Assembly: GCA_910592345.1 (NCBI GenBank) | Contig: CAJVPI010000299.1 | Location: 1-36,210 of the forward strand | Reading direction: 5' to 3' | Source: Paraglomus brasilianum | Taxonomy: Eukaryota | DNA length: 36,210 nucleotides | Part shown: positions 23,943 through 36,210 of the stretch, one piece after another | Position numbering within the stretch: the stretch's first letter is position 1 | How the letters are laid out: each line of letters starts with the position of its first letter | The notes under the pieces: generated by a model | Databases searched by the model: none | Told to the model about the DNA's origin: nothing | Seen by the model: the letters and a program-made list of their open reading frames with translations, nothing else | Program-made: the position numbers and the translations under genes

Positions 23943-25663
23943 CATGATCTCAGTGTCGACGCGTAAACACAAATTCTAGACGGTTATTCACCTTCGAGTT
24001 AAATTTCTATTCCCTTCTGATGTGATTAATTCTGAAGCTTATACTATACTCAAACGAAAGTTCTCATCATAAGCGATAATAACAATCGTAATGCCAATAT
24101 CCACAAGACAAGATGCAAATAATATAGGGATTAGCGGCGGGTTTACAACTATACCAACAATTCACCAGGGAACAAATTATTAATAATGTATTTTAGAGTA
24201 TAGAAAACTACTCGTTTATTAGGATCGAAAGTAATTGAACACATCTATTTTTAGCAACGTTTGTCTACTGTAATACTTCCACTAAATTTGTGTAATATTA
24301 TTGTGGTGGCACTCCGAATGACTCACATGCCGATTATTTACCGTAAACTCCGACATGTACAGTACCTTCCCCGATAAAACTCCATGAGATGTAGATGTAT
24401 CCTCACCAAGTTTCAGAGATTTGTACCCGGTACTAATATAATAACAATGTTTTTGGCCCTTTTATTATAGCCCATTCTGTATTTTTCTGTTAGTATTGAT
24501 TTAAAAGCACACAGCTTAGCATAATGTTATGATAATGATGCAATTTATCTTTACAATCCGATCAATACATACATATGTTAAGTCGGTTACAATATTAATA
24601 TTTCAATATTATTTCACGTCGTGTCACACTTTTTTCCCAATCAGCAGTTGTGTGATAAGCAGATGTACCCTGATTAATACGGCATACCCCTTACAGGATA
24701 CATCTTGGAGTTTTACGGTACTTTTGAGGTGAGGGAAAACGGAGTTTGAGCGGCAATCGCTCGAGTAGCAGATTATTTAATGCTTTTTGGTCTGCTTTTT
24801 TATTCGCCTGTTCTTTTTTAAATACTTCGGCAGTTAATTAATTTATTTTTTGCTGAACTGTTTTAATTTTTTCGTCATACTGAGCAGTTAAGAGTATGTT
24901 AAAAAGATGTTAATATAGCGATATAGTGATATATAAAACCGGTGCTAAAAAATTGTTATACAAATTTTCTAAAATGGATATTTAAGCGGTTGGTTTTGTA
25001 TAAGTACGTACGTAAAGATCTGCAAATACCAACTTGAAGAAGTGAGTCGTTTAACCCGAAGGAATAAGTATTTAACAGCAGCTCATCACGAGTTACGCTC
25101 AAAATGATTATAGTGATAAACAGAAATAAACTTTTATAAACTATATTGCAAATAAAAATTGCCTACGTTAGCAAAATCATAAAACTACCAGTCTCAACTA
25201 AGCGAGATTTGGATGTAGGAATGAAATTTCATTTCAGTAAACACACAAATTGAGTTTCAAATTTAACAATTTATTTAGTATCTTTTCGACTTTAATAATG
25301 TATTAATTATTACATTAGCGCAATTTTGACAAACATATAATAAATTTCTATAATTAAGTTTATTTTGTTACGCGCTGTATAGTAACTAACGCTAATGAAA
25401 TAATATTTGACAATAAAATTTGGTCTCCCCTCTTTGATCTTCGTTTGTGACACTTTTTAGTCTAAATTTAAATCGACTTGGTTAAATGGTTCAATTCAAT
25501 TGATGCTAGATTATACCATGTAAATCGCTTATCCGATAATTTGCCAGCGATTATTAATATTTTGATTATTGGATCGAAAATGTTTATGGTAACTACCATA
25601 TGTGATATTTGTTATCAGTTACACGTTTACGTGGTGATGCATACAACAGAAACTGTGTTTCAA

Positions 25664-26722
25664 TTACCGGAGAGCGTTCCTTTCTACAGTCATCACGTTC
25701 GAATTCTTCTTGGCCATTCTGCCCGCATTCTTGCTTTCCATGCTCTTCTGATACTTGCCGATGCTCTTCTCACCAAATTTCCTTGCAGCATTCTTTGCCT
25801 TTTCCAAGACCGTTCTCTTGATTCTTGTTTCGGGACGATCTCTCGGGCTTTGCGGCACTTTCTTTTGTATCGAAACATTACTGCTTGCCGATAGCTTGAC
25901 AGATGTTGAAATAGTTGAAGTATTTGAGATTGGCTTTTGCATCTGGGCGACCGGTTTCTTTGATGTGCGCTGCTTGGTCGTTTGTTCGATCGTAATCTTG
26001 GTTGTATGCGTGATTGAAGTCGCTGCAAACAGCTTGGGTTTCAGAGATGAAGCTGGTTTAAGATTTTGTTCCAACAGAGTCCGAGATCGTTTGTTCTTTT
26101 TCACGTGAGTGCCAAGTCCTTTCTTTATTCCGCAACTTGTATCCATATTTTTATTCTTGGGGACCCATGGTAAGAAGAGCTCCAGTGGTTTAGTAGTCCA
26201 ATCCTTTCCCAGTTCAGGATTATCCCTAAGTCTTCTCCATAATGGTACTTTGCTTCTATCCTCGAGTGCGAGGACATATTCATAAGACAAATCTTGTGCA
26301 AGTTGAGGCGACACGGAAGGTTGGAGCGGCGGGAGCTTTCCCGATAGATCATCGAGAATGATACTGTCGCATGACTTGGGTTCAACGGAATCGTGAGTAG
26401 TAGCAGGACTAGCATTTGGACAAGAGATTGGGGGAAAGTAATCTTCGAGTGGTCCCCACTGAGTTTCAGACGTGACTTTGCGGTGTGATTTGGTGGTTAT
26501 CGTGTACAAGCCGGTATATGACTCGAACGAGACGCCCAGGGTGATAGTAGAAGATGTGTCGGTGATATCGACATTCTCGGCGGCAAAATCAGTGCACTTG
26601 TCAATCGCCTCCGCAATTATATCCAAGTCTTCGAAGAAGCCCGAGTCGATTCTTTTGCGTCTTTGTGCGGAGTCAGAAACAAGATCGACAGTTGATGAGA
26701 CTTTGATTTGGTGAGTTGACAT
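25664..26722 (-). CDS. Hypothetical protein, 352 aa, single exon, basic C-terminal half
   Basis: ATG-initiated 1059-bp ORF in a GC- and CpG-richer island within AT-rich flanks; no motif recognised. Confidence 0.6.
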   Translation of the reverse strand: MSTHQIKVSSTVDLVSDSAQRRKRIDSGFFEDLDIIAEAIDKCTDFAAENVDITDTSSTITLGVSFESYTGLYTITTKSHRKVTSETQWGPLEDYFPPISCPNASPATTHDSVEPKSCDSIILDDLSGKLPPLQPSVSPQLAQDLSYEYVLALEDRSKVPLWRRLRDNPELGKDWTTKPLELFLPWVPKNKNMDTSCGIKKGLGTHVKKNKRSRTLLEQNLKPASSLKPKLFAATSITHTTKITIEQTTKQRTSKKPVAQMQKPISNTSTISTSVKLSASSNVSIQKKVPQSPRDRPETRIKRTVLEKAKNAARKFGEKSIGKYQKSMESKNAGRMAKKNSNVMTVERNALR

Positions 26723-28643
26723 TTCTGCGTAAAAAGATGCGGTTTGGTAAAAACGTGAAGTCTGTATTAGTCGAGAGTGTGTGTATTAAATGCCTGGATT
26801 TTGTATTATATGAGATTTGTATCTTAATTAAGTGAACTATTTTTTCTTCGTTCGAAGCTTGGTGCTCCCAGCCGTCAATGCCAGCTTATTAAATACTCTC
26901 GCCATTGCACGTCTTTCCAACATTTCCAAGGACATCAATTACTTTTTTGGTGCAGTAACAATTTCTGATTTTTGACTGCATTGGATGCAATTGGATTGGG
27001 TTTAGCTTGAAAAATGTGTGTGAATAGGGGTTTGATTGAAGGGAAGAAATGGGAAAAAGGAGGGGGGTGGATTCGATTGCATTGGATGCATTCACATCAG
27101 TTTGTGATGATCAGCACTTTATTGGACGATATGCTTAGGACTACCTTATATGCCTGTCTTATCGCCTTCATTATGAATTTATTTATTATTATGCAGCTAA
27201 TATCTCGTTATGCACGATGCAGATGAACTAGTATTGTTCTTGACATAAATGAGAATGTTGGATGTTCGAGTGACTTGTCAATGATATATTAAGTAATAGC
27301 AATTGGGTAAAAAAGAACAAACACACACAACGTATAATACAGACGTCACTCGCCGTGTAAAGAATCTAGTCTAAACTTGAATAATACAAGTGATCTAAAA
27401 ACATTAACACGTGTTCACAATACATGGTGGGAATATTCTAAGCATTCGTTTGTTCTTCTAATACGCAGTTTCTTGATTGAAAGAATAAACATACTGGTCG
27501 ATGAATGTTAGAGATCACATTGTCCTTATTACCGTATTTGCAAGTAACAGAGCTCACATGCAAACTATATTAATATAGCCTCTACGCGTCCAAGCCACAA
27601 AAGTTTGTACTTTGGTGTTTCGGTGTCTTACATATTTGTTTTTACCCTCTTCAGTTCCTTCGTATGATGTACAGTATAATTTGTTCTTAGTTTAATAAGA
27701 ACAATAGCCTGCGGCGTGGAATAACATGCTGTTCTTATACCGGCGTACATGATTATGTACAACATTCTACATTACTTTTACAGAATTCGAGTAATGGTAA
27801 CTTTCTCATTTCAGGATCTATGATTTAGGACGTAGAGATTTACCGAACGTTGAGTGTACTGAATGATGTACTATAGCTGGCCTGGTTAACATTTAGAAAG
27901 TAAGCTTCTGGGGGTCCTTAATTATCCGCCATTCCAAACAATGTCGAACGCCCTATCATTACCCCAAAGGAGTAAATTATCATAAGGTCAAAGACACCTT
28001 TTTACAACGCAAATCGTATGTACACAAGAATATACTGTACATAGATTTTATCAATCAATCCGAACAACCACTGGCAAGTCGGAGCGAATAGGCAACGATT
28101 CACGACATGGCAGAGTAAGGTGGGGATTTGATGAACTCAAAGTTGTATTTTTAAAATGTAGACATGAGCATAGTCTTTTTTTATATCATGTAACTTTTAA
28201 TAAACTTCAGCAGAATACCTGGTATAATAAGCATTGTTTGTTTGGTCAAGAAAATTGGCGACGATAACTATTTTGTTAATAATCTTTTTTGTTAGATATC
28301 TTACGAGCGAAATGGGTCATCATATACACTCCTTAAAATAAGCAGGTTATATGTGATTGCTAAATAGTAAACAAACAGTTCTGACAATTGTTATAATAAA
28401 ATTGTACGTCAAACATCATAGCGATAGTGTGACGGTACTTCTTATTACTGATTTTTGCATGTACAAATAGTTTGAATATGTAAATAATTAATGTCGATTA
28501 GCAATTGTCTCTCATTTTCCTTATCCGCGCGAATCGAATATTAATATGGCTAGGCTCGTTGATGATCAATCGTAAATTGTAACACAGTCAAAATTTGTCC
28601 GCAGCATTCTTGATACTTTACCACTTCCAATATCAAGGTACTT

Positions 28644-30261
28644 ATGTCCGATTTCGTCGGTTTCCTAGCCAGGGATTTTGGCGCTTTATTAGAGAATGCT
28701 GATGATTACGATATGTCGATAAGTGTCGGACAAGGACAGAATGCGAGGGTATTCAATGTACATTCACTTATACTACGTGCAAGAAGTAGCTACTTTAGGA
28801 AAACTTTGGTGCACTCGAGCTCATTTGAGCATATATCACCTTCGATTTTTGAAGTTTTGTTACGGTAAGCGGTATGGACAATACATGTCATAGAACCAAC
28901 ATTACTGACGCATGAAAGATCAAAAAGAATGAAATCCGCTTGTGACAAATTACCAGTATTATAGTGATCAAGCAATTTCTCACTAGTAAACGGGTGTTTT
29001 AATCACTGTTAGGTACATGTATACTGGATCGATCTCCTTGGATGAACTAGAAGCACCCGAACTACTCGATCTGCTAATAACTGCCGAAAAACTGGCATTG
29101 GATGACATGCTTCTCGATCACACTCAAAACCAACTCATCAGAGAAAAGGAAGCGTGGCTAAAATCAAACTATGGGGTGACAAACCAAATTGCGTCTCAAA
29201 ATCAGAAATTCAGCAAACTGCAAGAATTCTGCCAAATCATCAGAATGGATCCCGAGATATTATTTGAATCGGAAGAATTCTATTCGCTGGAAGAAGAAAT
29301 AGTACTATCACTGTTAAAGAGAGATGATCTCACCTTGACTGAAGGCCAAATATGGTCGAGGATAATAGAATGGGGAATAGATCAAACACAATTGTCACCT
29401 GACTATACGAAATGGTCACCTGATGAGTTTGCCAAATTGGAGAAGAAATTGCACAATTGCATTCCGCTCATCAGATTCTTCCAGATATCACCGAGAGACT
29501 TTGATGTCAAAGTATTTCCGTTCGAGAGCATCTTACCGAAACACCTGTTTCGTGAATTGATCAGTCATTATCTGAGGCCGCGCTACGAACCTAGCTATCA
29601 GGTATTACCACCTCGATATGGACAAATGAATCCGACCAGTGTGCATTCAGTACTGATAAACGAAAGAACAACAGCATGGATTGCATCTCAGATCGATAAT
29701 AACGGCGGCGGCACCAAAGATGACGGATCCGACACACATTCTCTACCATATGAAGGATCGCGTAATCCGTACAGATTCAGGTTACTATTGCGCGGCAGCA
29801 GAGATGGCTTTACACCATCGGTATTTCATACCTTGTGTGACCAGAAAGGAGCGACCATTACGTTGATAAAAGTAAATGGCACGGATGAGCTGATTGGCGG
29901 ATATAATCCGATCGATTGGAGGTCCCCGTCAATTGGCGAATGGGATTCTACCGAGGGTAGTTTTATATTCTCGTTGAATGCTGACGAGAACAAGAACGTT
30001 GTCAGTCGGGTAAAGCATCCCACCAAGGCCATATTTTGCGGGCCTCGAGGGCCGACATTTGGAGGAGACATATTAATAGCCGATTTGGGGTTGTGGGGTA
30101 ATGATTTCAAGCAGGAGAAGAGGTGTTGTTGCATTAATGATTCATATGCAACGCCTATTAGATCCACGCACGTATGCTTTTCGGTTGATGAATATGAAGT
30201 ATTTCAAGTCGTAAGAAAAGCTAAACATAGAAGATCTAGAACTTTTTATCCAAAGAGTTGA
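28644..30261 (+). CDS. BTB/POZ-BACK-TLDc domain protein
   Basis: Exons 28644-28864 and 29013-30261. BTB (FNVHSLILRARSSYF..LLRYMYTG), BACK (LLKRDDL..EGQIWSRIIEWG..CIPLIRFFQIS), TLDc (LLLRGSRDGF..FHTLCD..IGGYNP..SFIFS..GPTFG..FSVDEYEVFQV). Confidence 0.93.
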
Positions 30262-30710
30262 CGAGAGTTTACCTGTTTATTTATTTATTCACTCATTCAT
30301 ATAGATGTCACAGGGTGGTGTGGTTTGGTTGTGTAGTTTCAATGAATTTTTATTGACATTTAGACATTGTTTCATGCATATGAATACATGCATAATCTGA
30401 TTCAGATGCATCAAGCCTGGTAATTAAAACGTGCAGCATAAACTTTAAGAGTGCTTGTTTGGCATTATCATAGTTGACAAAATTCATGCACATGAATATT
30501 GACTTTTTAAACACAGCTAATGTGGAAGCTGCTTTTTCATAATACATGTTTGAACTTAATATTAACAGGAATCCTAAATTACATTCTTTATCTTAACATA
30601 AACAATATGTATAAAAAGGGGAATAGTAATAGGCAGGGAGAGTTAGTGTAATGACATGCTCAGAGCCTGCCTGATATATGGTTTAGAAAGGTGCTGATTG
30701 GATAAGCCTC

Positions 30711-31832
30711 TCAGTCTGTTTTAATTGTGCCGCCTGCACTTCCATGGTCGATTTCATTCGATCTTGATTTTTTCGTTCGATTTCGATTTCGTGCATGTCC
30801 TAACTGTAAATTACCGGTAATGTCGATTTCGTTATTTTGATTTCGGCCTTGTTTGATGTAGCATGAGATCTCCTGCGAACTATCTTCTTCGCTACAACAT
30901 TTAGGACAGTCGACTGGTTCATCACTTTCTAACCATGATAACTCGGATGATGCCTGTGATCAAAAAACATGAGTGATGAAAATATGCTACATAGATGACA
31001 CACCTGTGAAATTGCTTCTTCAATCGTCCACACCTCCAATTTGAACCCACCACGTCCTTCGCACTAAATCGTGCCCGACATTGCTTCGCCTTCATTATTA
31101 TTAGTGTATTAGATGGCGGTGATAGTGAGAAACGCGTAAATTGTGAGAATGCCCAAGATGCTCGATTAATCGCTCATTGATCAAAGAAAATCCGGCAGTG
31201 TATTAGGCATACCCCGTTATCACATGGGATATAGGCGTTTTGCTAGATAGCTGTAGATACAGTTCTTAATTTCCGAGTTGAGCCTGGACTGTTCAATTTA
31301 ACCTGGATCATTTTCAAACGCCTCCAGGATCTCATCTGCGACGGTATAATAGTCGTCTTCGTTGTCGTCTTCTTCTCTGAGCAGCGGATGGCGATTCGAG
31401 CCTTTCCGTTAGCCAACTATAGTTCTGTTAGCCTGGATTGTTCTCAAAAGCCTCCAGAATCTCATCTGCGACACTCAACTCCGGCTATCTGTATTGTAAA
31501 TGTTGTGATGTTGTGTTTTGCTGCCATACGCCGCTGCAAAAACGACGCGCATCAATGGGAATATCCACTGAAATTAATTACGAAAAAGTTTTGAAAAGCC
31601 GATTTGCAGATTGTCTTTTGGTATCCTCCTAATAATGAATGTTCGGGCCGGAAGTATGTGTCCGGTGACTTATATAAGAAAATATGGCCTCTAGGGCCAA
31701 TAGCTCGTTTGGAGCCCAGTCTGTTTCACAGAGCGTCAGACCAGCATCCAGCTGGAGTGAGCTTTCAGCTGTCATTTCAGACTTTAGTAAACTTTCACGA
31801 AATCTTTGGGACGCGATTAATATCAACGACAC
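30711..31832 (-). pseudogene. Decayed gene of unknown family with a duplicated VADEILEAFENxPG motif
   Basis: Coding-like fragments with stops and frameshifts: VADEILEAFENNPG, EEDDNEDDYYTVADEILEAFENDPG, GGFKLEVWTIEEAISQ | intron ~31003-30954 | ASSELSWLESDEPVDCPKC. Boundaries approximate. Confidence 0.5.
31301..31472 (-). repeat. Two ~42-bp direct repeats, 130 bp apart
   Basis: 31301-31342 and 31431-31472 differ at 6 positions, 5 of them synonymous in the minus-strand frame. Confidence 0.85.
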
Positions 31833-32165
31833 GTGTCAATTATGCCGGTCTGCTGCGCCACATACAGGCATGTGATTTAATTTTTTGAAGTAATAGGTAA
31901 GTAAACTCAGAAGGGAATTGCACAACGCTCATGATTCAACAGCCGTTTCACCTAACTTACTGACTCGAACGGATGGTTTTTTGTTTGAATTTAAATAAAT
32001 TACGAATCTGCAAAAGATCCCAAATACAAAGAATCATGGGGCTCAAATACAGAAATCTATCAAATATCCATATTAAACTTATCTATGTTGAGACATTATA
32101 TAAATTAAGTTTACTGCCTTCTAAACCTCGTAACCCCGTAGCGAGAGTTATCATGCTTACTTCTT

Positions 32166-32956
32166 CTACCTTACCCCCACATGCTCTCTAAACACATCCC
32201 ATACGTATCCAACGACAGTTCCAATTTCGTGCACGCCTAGCCTCTTGTCAAATCCTATATCAACCAACCACGGCAATGCATACTCCCACCAGAGCGAATG
32301 CCACTGTCTTGCACATAAACACCCGAATATCGTCCCAGCGATTACCTGTCCGCGGGTGTGATGTCCAAGCTCGACACGGGACCAGACGACAGATAATGCC
32401 GCGATGAGTAGAATGGTAATAAAAAGAGTGAGAGGAACTGTCAAGGTGGGAGTGGATGATGCGAGGTAGAGAGATATGTAGACTGCAAAGTACATGGTTG
32501 AGGCTGAATGGTTTGAGGGCATGCCATAGGTACTACGGGGATTTGGGCAGGATTTGGGACGCGGTTGGCGGATTAGGCGCTTTAGTATTCGAGCTTTGAG
32601 ACGGTAGATAGAATGTGTGCACATAATCGGGACGTTTCAAAGGATAAAGCAAATTAGACATTGAAATGGTGTACGAGATGAATGAGCGAATTAAAGAGAT
32701 CGAATGAACTGTAGATATTTTATATAGAACATAAATGACCTCACCTATTACCGAAGTCGTTATTGCTCCTAGGATAACAAATATTACATGGGCATTTCTA
32801 AAATAAGCAAACGTAGAAGCAGCTAATATGCCCAGCCATAGTCTAGTCTAAACAGAGTCGAAAAAGATGTAGTAGTCAACGTCTTGCATGTTTGTTAGGA
32901 CCAACAAGGCTAGATACCAAATATACCTTATCCAAGACTTCCAATATAACCACCAT
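32166..32956 (-). CDS. PAP2-family lipid phosphate phosphatase (dolichyl-diphosphatase-like)
   Basis: Exons 32956-32927, 32847-32745, 32593-32166. Motifs C1 KRLIRQPRP, C2 YGMPSNH, C3 SRVELGHHTRGQV; hydrophobic helices. The 3' end might be spliced at GTAAGG near 32174. Confidence 0.88.
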
Positions 32957-34404
32957 GCTAGAACGATTAGTATGTAAAGTTTGATTCTCATTAGCTTTTG
33001 TGATGTGTTAGGCTGCTAACCAATCAGTATGTTAGTACTACATTGTGCGAGCAGCAAAAAGGACCATATTGGAAAAAGAGTTTGAGAAGACAATGATGAG
33101 ACGTTTTGAAATGATAGTACGGAGAAGCAGCAGAGAAATTACTGGATGCATTCGTGATGGTATCCTTTCTCATATATAATCTCTTGTCCATACATACCCT
33201 TTAATCTACATTCTCGTAAAGTACTTGCTAGCTAGCTCATTGACCGTCTGTCTCTCGTTTGCATTTTTAACTTGTCCCTTTTCAAGAGTTGAGATTTTAA
33301 TAGCTCTACCGATAAGGCATAACATCCGCCAATAGGCAATATAAGTGCTAGATATTCAAACCCAATGTAGAGAATCAGATCCAATTAAAATGAACTATGG
33401 GAATTGCCCAATAAGGTGTTTTTGTCCCCGAAAAATCACAATCTCGAAAATCGGGTCGATATTTGTCTGTCTCCCTATCATAAGACATATGATCTGAGGT
33501 TGCTTTAAGAAGATTTAGTTAGGAATAGTAATAGAGCAGCGATATGAGCTACAAGTAGTGAGTGCGTAACAACAAAAAATGCTTTAACATTAGCATTTAA
33601 ATCTTCTTTTTTTTCTAAAATCTTTATTAAGAAAATGCGTACTAATATAAGAAAGTTTTATTACTGAAATCGCCACACGTCTCTTTGCCAGAAAACGTAT
33701 CTTTAATGTTAAGACTTACTTGGAAAACGTCAGAAATCATCTAACAACGAATGGTATAGTCACGGTAACGTGAAACAAGTGCTTCGATGCGATGGAAGAC
33801 CATAGATAAAAATGTTGTTACAAGCGTGAAAGAATTTTCTCGAGAATTACGCTGAACAACCAAATTACCCAATCACTTATACTTTGCCAGGCGACACGAA
33901 TTACAATTCGTGATTTATTATTGTCGGTCTTGAAGACAATAGCACGTTGAAATTGTTGATGCATTCGACAAGTTACAGCTAGCCTCAACTGGTGGGCCTC
34001 TGCCAATTAACACAAGAAGTTCGCGTACACGTTTTCCGTCACTCTAAACTGTCCATAAACATTGGTTACTATACTGAAAGTCGCTCACATAATTCTTTTT
34101 CCCTTGATAAGCATGTGAACGAACCAATAGAACAAACTCATTGTTAGTTGGTTCCCGATATTCTCGATTTTTCTTACATACTCAAACACTCTGGTGATCT
34201 CTTGCCTACCCCACTAATAGGTAAACTTCTTAAGCCGAACATTGACCGATTTTTATTTTTAACTCAACTCATGTCGAAGCATATCGTCATATTTTAATTG
34301 GAAGATAGGTAAACCCCTTGAATAAAACTCGTGTAAGACTGTTTTATTCAAAATTTTGAGTCACTAAATTATAAGACAATGGACGAGGTTAATATTATAT
34401 TGAC

Positions 34405-36210
34405 TTATGTTAATATCAAGGTGTAACCAGTTCCTGTCTTCATACTACCTGCAACTGAATCGAAATCATGACTGTTTGTTGGTTCGAGACGTGATAAGGG
34501 TTTTACATCATTATGATAACTGGTATTCCATGCGTTACTGACAGATTTGTTCTCCATCTCTCTAATAAGCTTTTCAATATCCCAATAAAGTGCCCTTCCA
34601 TTTTTAAATCGCTTATCAGGGTCAGCATCACAACACCGCTCGGCAAGTTTCTTGTAATCTTCTGGTGCCGAATCGGGCATCGTTGGTCGTAGTCCACCCA
34701 TAATATCGCATATTAAAGTTCCATCAAACTGCCTATCTCTAAATGGTGGTTCACCAGTGGCCATCAAATACACAATAATACCAAAAGAATATATGTCTGA
34801 TTCCGTCGTAAATTTGCGAGTATGGAAAACTTCCGGTGCAATAAAAGGTAAAACGCCTCGAATGGTTGAATTTGATTCGCGTGAATTCACTGATCGCGAG
34901 AGACCGACATCGCATATGATTGAATAACCGTCGTTCAAAACTATGCTTCCACTATGAAAATCACAATGCACTAATCCCACATCATGAATATTGCTCAAAT
35001 ACCGTGCAATATTCTTCAAACGCTGTAATTTATCCATCCACGTCAATTTGTTAATATTTTGATCCAAATAAGACAAAAGACTACCATTGTTAGCATATTG
35101 CATAACAATCATGTACTCTTTTGTTTCTGGGTCTTGTGTGACTCCATAAAGTCGAAGGAAATGATCACTGTTGCATATGCACTTGGCATGATTTCTAAAC
35201 TATTAAATAAAATAAATACAGAGTCAGATTAAATATCACGTTAATTAATACTACCAATTATTGCTTACCTCGGAGATAAATAATTCCGGCGTTTCATCAA
35301 AATTCTTAAACCGTTTGAGTACAACAGTTTGTGGTATATCCTCTTCTCCTTTATATCTGGCAGTATAAACTGTTCTGTAACCACCAGATCCGATCTCTTT
35401 GAGTTTATCAAAGTCGCTATACGTATATCGTACATGGCTTATATACTTGCAACGTTGTATAAATCCATCCAATATTGCATCTACGTCGTAGTAGAAAACT
35501 AAATAATATTCCCAAGTAGACGGCTCTTGAGTGATTCCAACTATCCAAATATTATCCGGTGTTAACATCTCCGGATATTCCTTAATTAGCTATTTGAGTA
35601 AACAATACAATCGTTACAACAATCAATACAATGCATACTTGATATTGTCATTATTTTACACTGAAATAATTTACCTGATGAAAATCAAACGGCTGGGTGT
35701 CACCTACTATTACTATCTGCTTGAGTGTCACCTTTGTCCATTCATTTATTGTTAGATCCGCTATATGTGTGCATCCATGGCGTAATGAGGACATTTCTCG
35801 CATATTAATCAATAGAGAGTACTCTATCCATTGTATATAGGCATCATACTTATTCCTTGTATTACTCCATGATTCCATAATGAATGAATCCAACGACTTG
35901 TTGCCCATAGTCCAATCAGGGGGTACTGGTGCTTTACACAAATAGCAAAATACATTTATCTTGGGGCTTAATTGCCTTGCACACGCCAGACATAATCCAT
36001 GCCGATTCTCACATTTTATGAGATGATACTTTCTTCTCCATTTATCATAAGTGAATCCGATGGTAACCCAAACATCCGTGGTAAGAATATCTGGATGCTT
36101 ATCACGTAACTAGTGGAAATGATACATAATAACAAGTCAATAATTATTTAAACTATTCAATAAACATGACGCATAAGTAAATGGTTTACCTCGGCATAAT
36201 ATAAATCATG
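34405..36210 (-). CDS. TKL-like protein kinase (expanded Glomeromycotina type), 5' end outside the window
   Basis: Exons >36210-36190, 36109-35675, 35589-35269, 35199-34405, all phase 0 and open. Motifs GSGGYRTVY, VVLK, LYGVTQDP, HCDFHSGSI, CDVGLS, GVLPFIAPE, SDIYSFG, CCDADPDKR. The 3' end is uncertain. Confidence 0.88.

Noticed and set aside
24050..24470. Possible decayed secreted-protein gene on the minus strand (YISWSFIGEGTVHVGVYG)
   Set aside because: One short fragment with stops on both sides; not enough evidence.
27800..28000. Minus-strand fragments IYSFGVM, GPPEAY, DPEMR hinting at a kinase relic
   Set aside because: Fragments are too short and poorly spaced to support without a search.
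32166..32956. Naming the PAP2 gene CAX4/CWH8
   Set aside because: Catalytic motifs fit, but the N-terminal segment I expect in CAX4 orthologues is absent; it may be a paralogue.
1..36210. tRNA, rRNA, CRISPR or telomeric arrays
   Set aside because: GTTCGA hits lack T-arm and acceptor stems; no regular repeat-spacer array or TTAGGG run was seen.

Overview
Intron-rich, AT-rich fungal nuclear DNA. The gene families present (BTB-BACK-TLDc, TKL-type kinase, expanded RING/TPR and P-loop families) point to an arbuscular mycorrhizal fungus (Glomeromycotina); this assignment is an inference. Core genes rebuilt by hand-splicing: MUS81 (+), RAM2 (-), STE50/Ubc2-type adaptor with SAM-RA-SH3-SH3 (-), a Crz1-like three-finger C2H2 factor (-), a BTB-BACK-TLDc protein (+), a PAP2 lipid phosphatase (-) and a TKL kinase cut by the right window edge (-). 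Between them lie CpG-depleted transposon relics (Tc1 and pogo-type TIR elements, probable Ginger-like and Sola-like fragments) and decayed pseudogenes. The most interesting signal is missed by the ORF track: a five-small-exon module encoding a ~165-aa beta-strand-like domain, present three times (2219-2992, 21933-22711, partial 23709-23942). Its frameworks and even some introns are ~90-95% identical between copies, while short loops are unalignable and differ by in-frame indels. The full copy is the C-terminus of a helical-domain / degenerate RING / TPR protein, which suggests a diversifying recognition module on an E3-like scaffold. No tRNA, rRNA or CRISPR array was seen. All family assignments come from motif recognition by eye; no searches were run.
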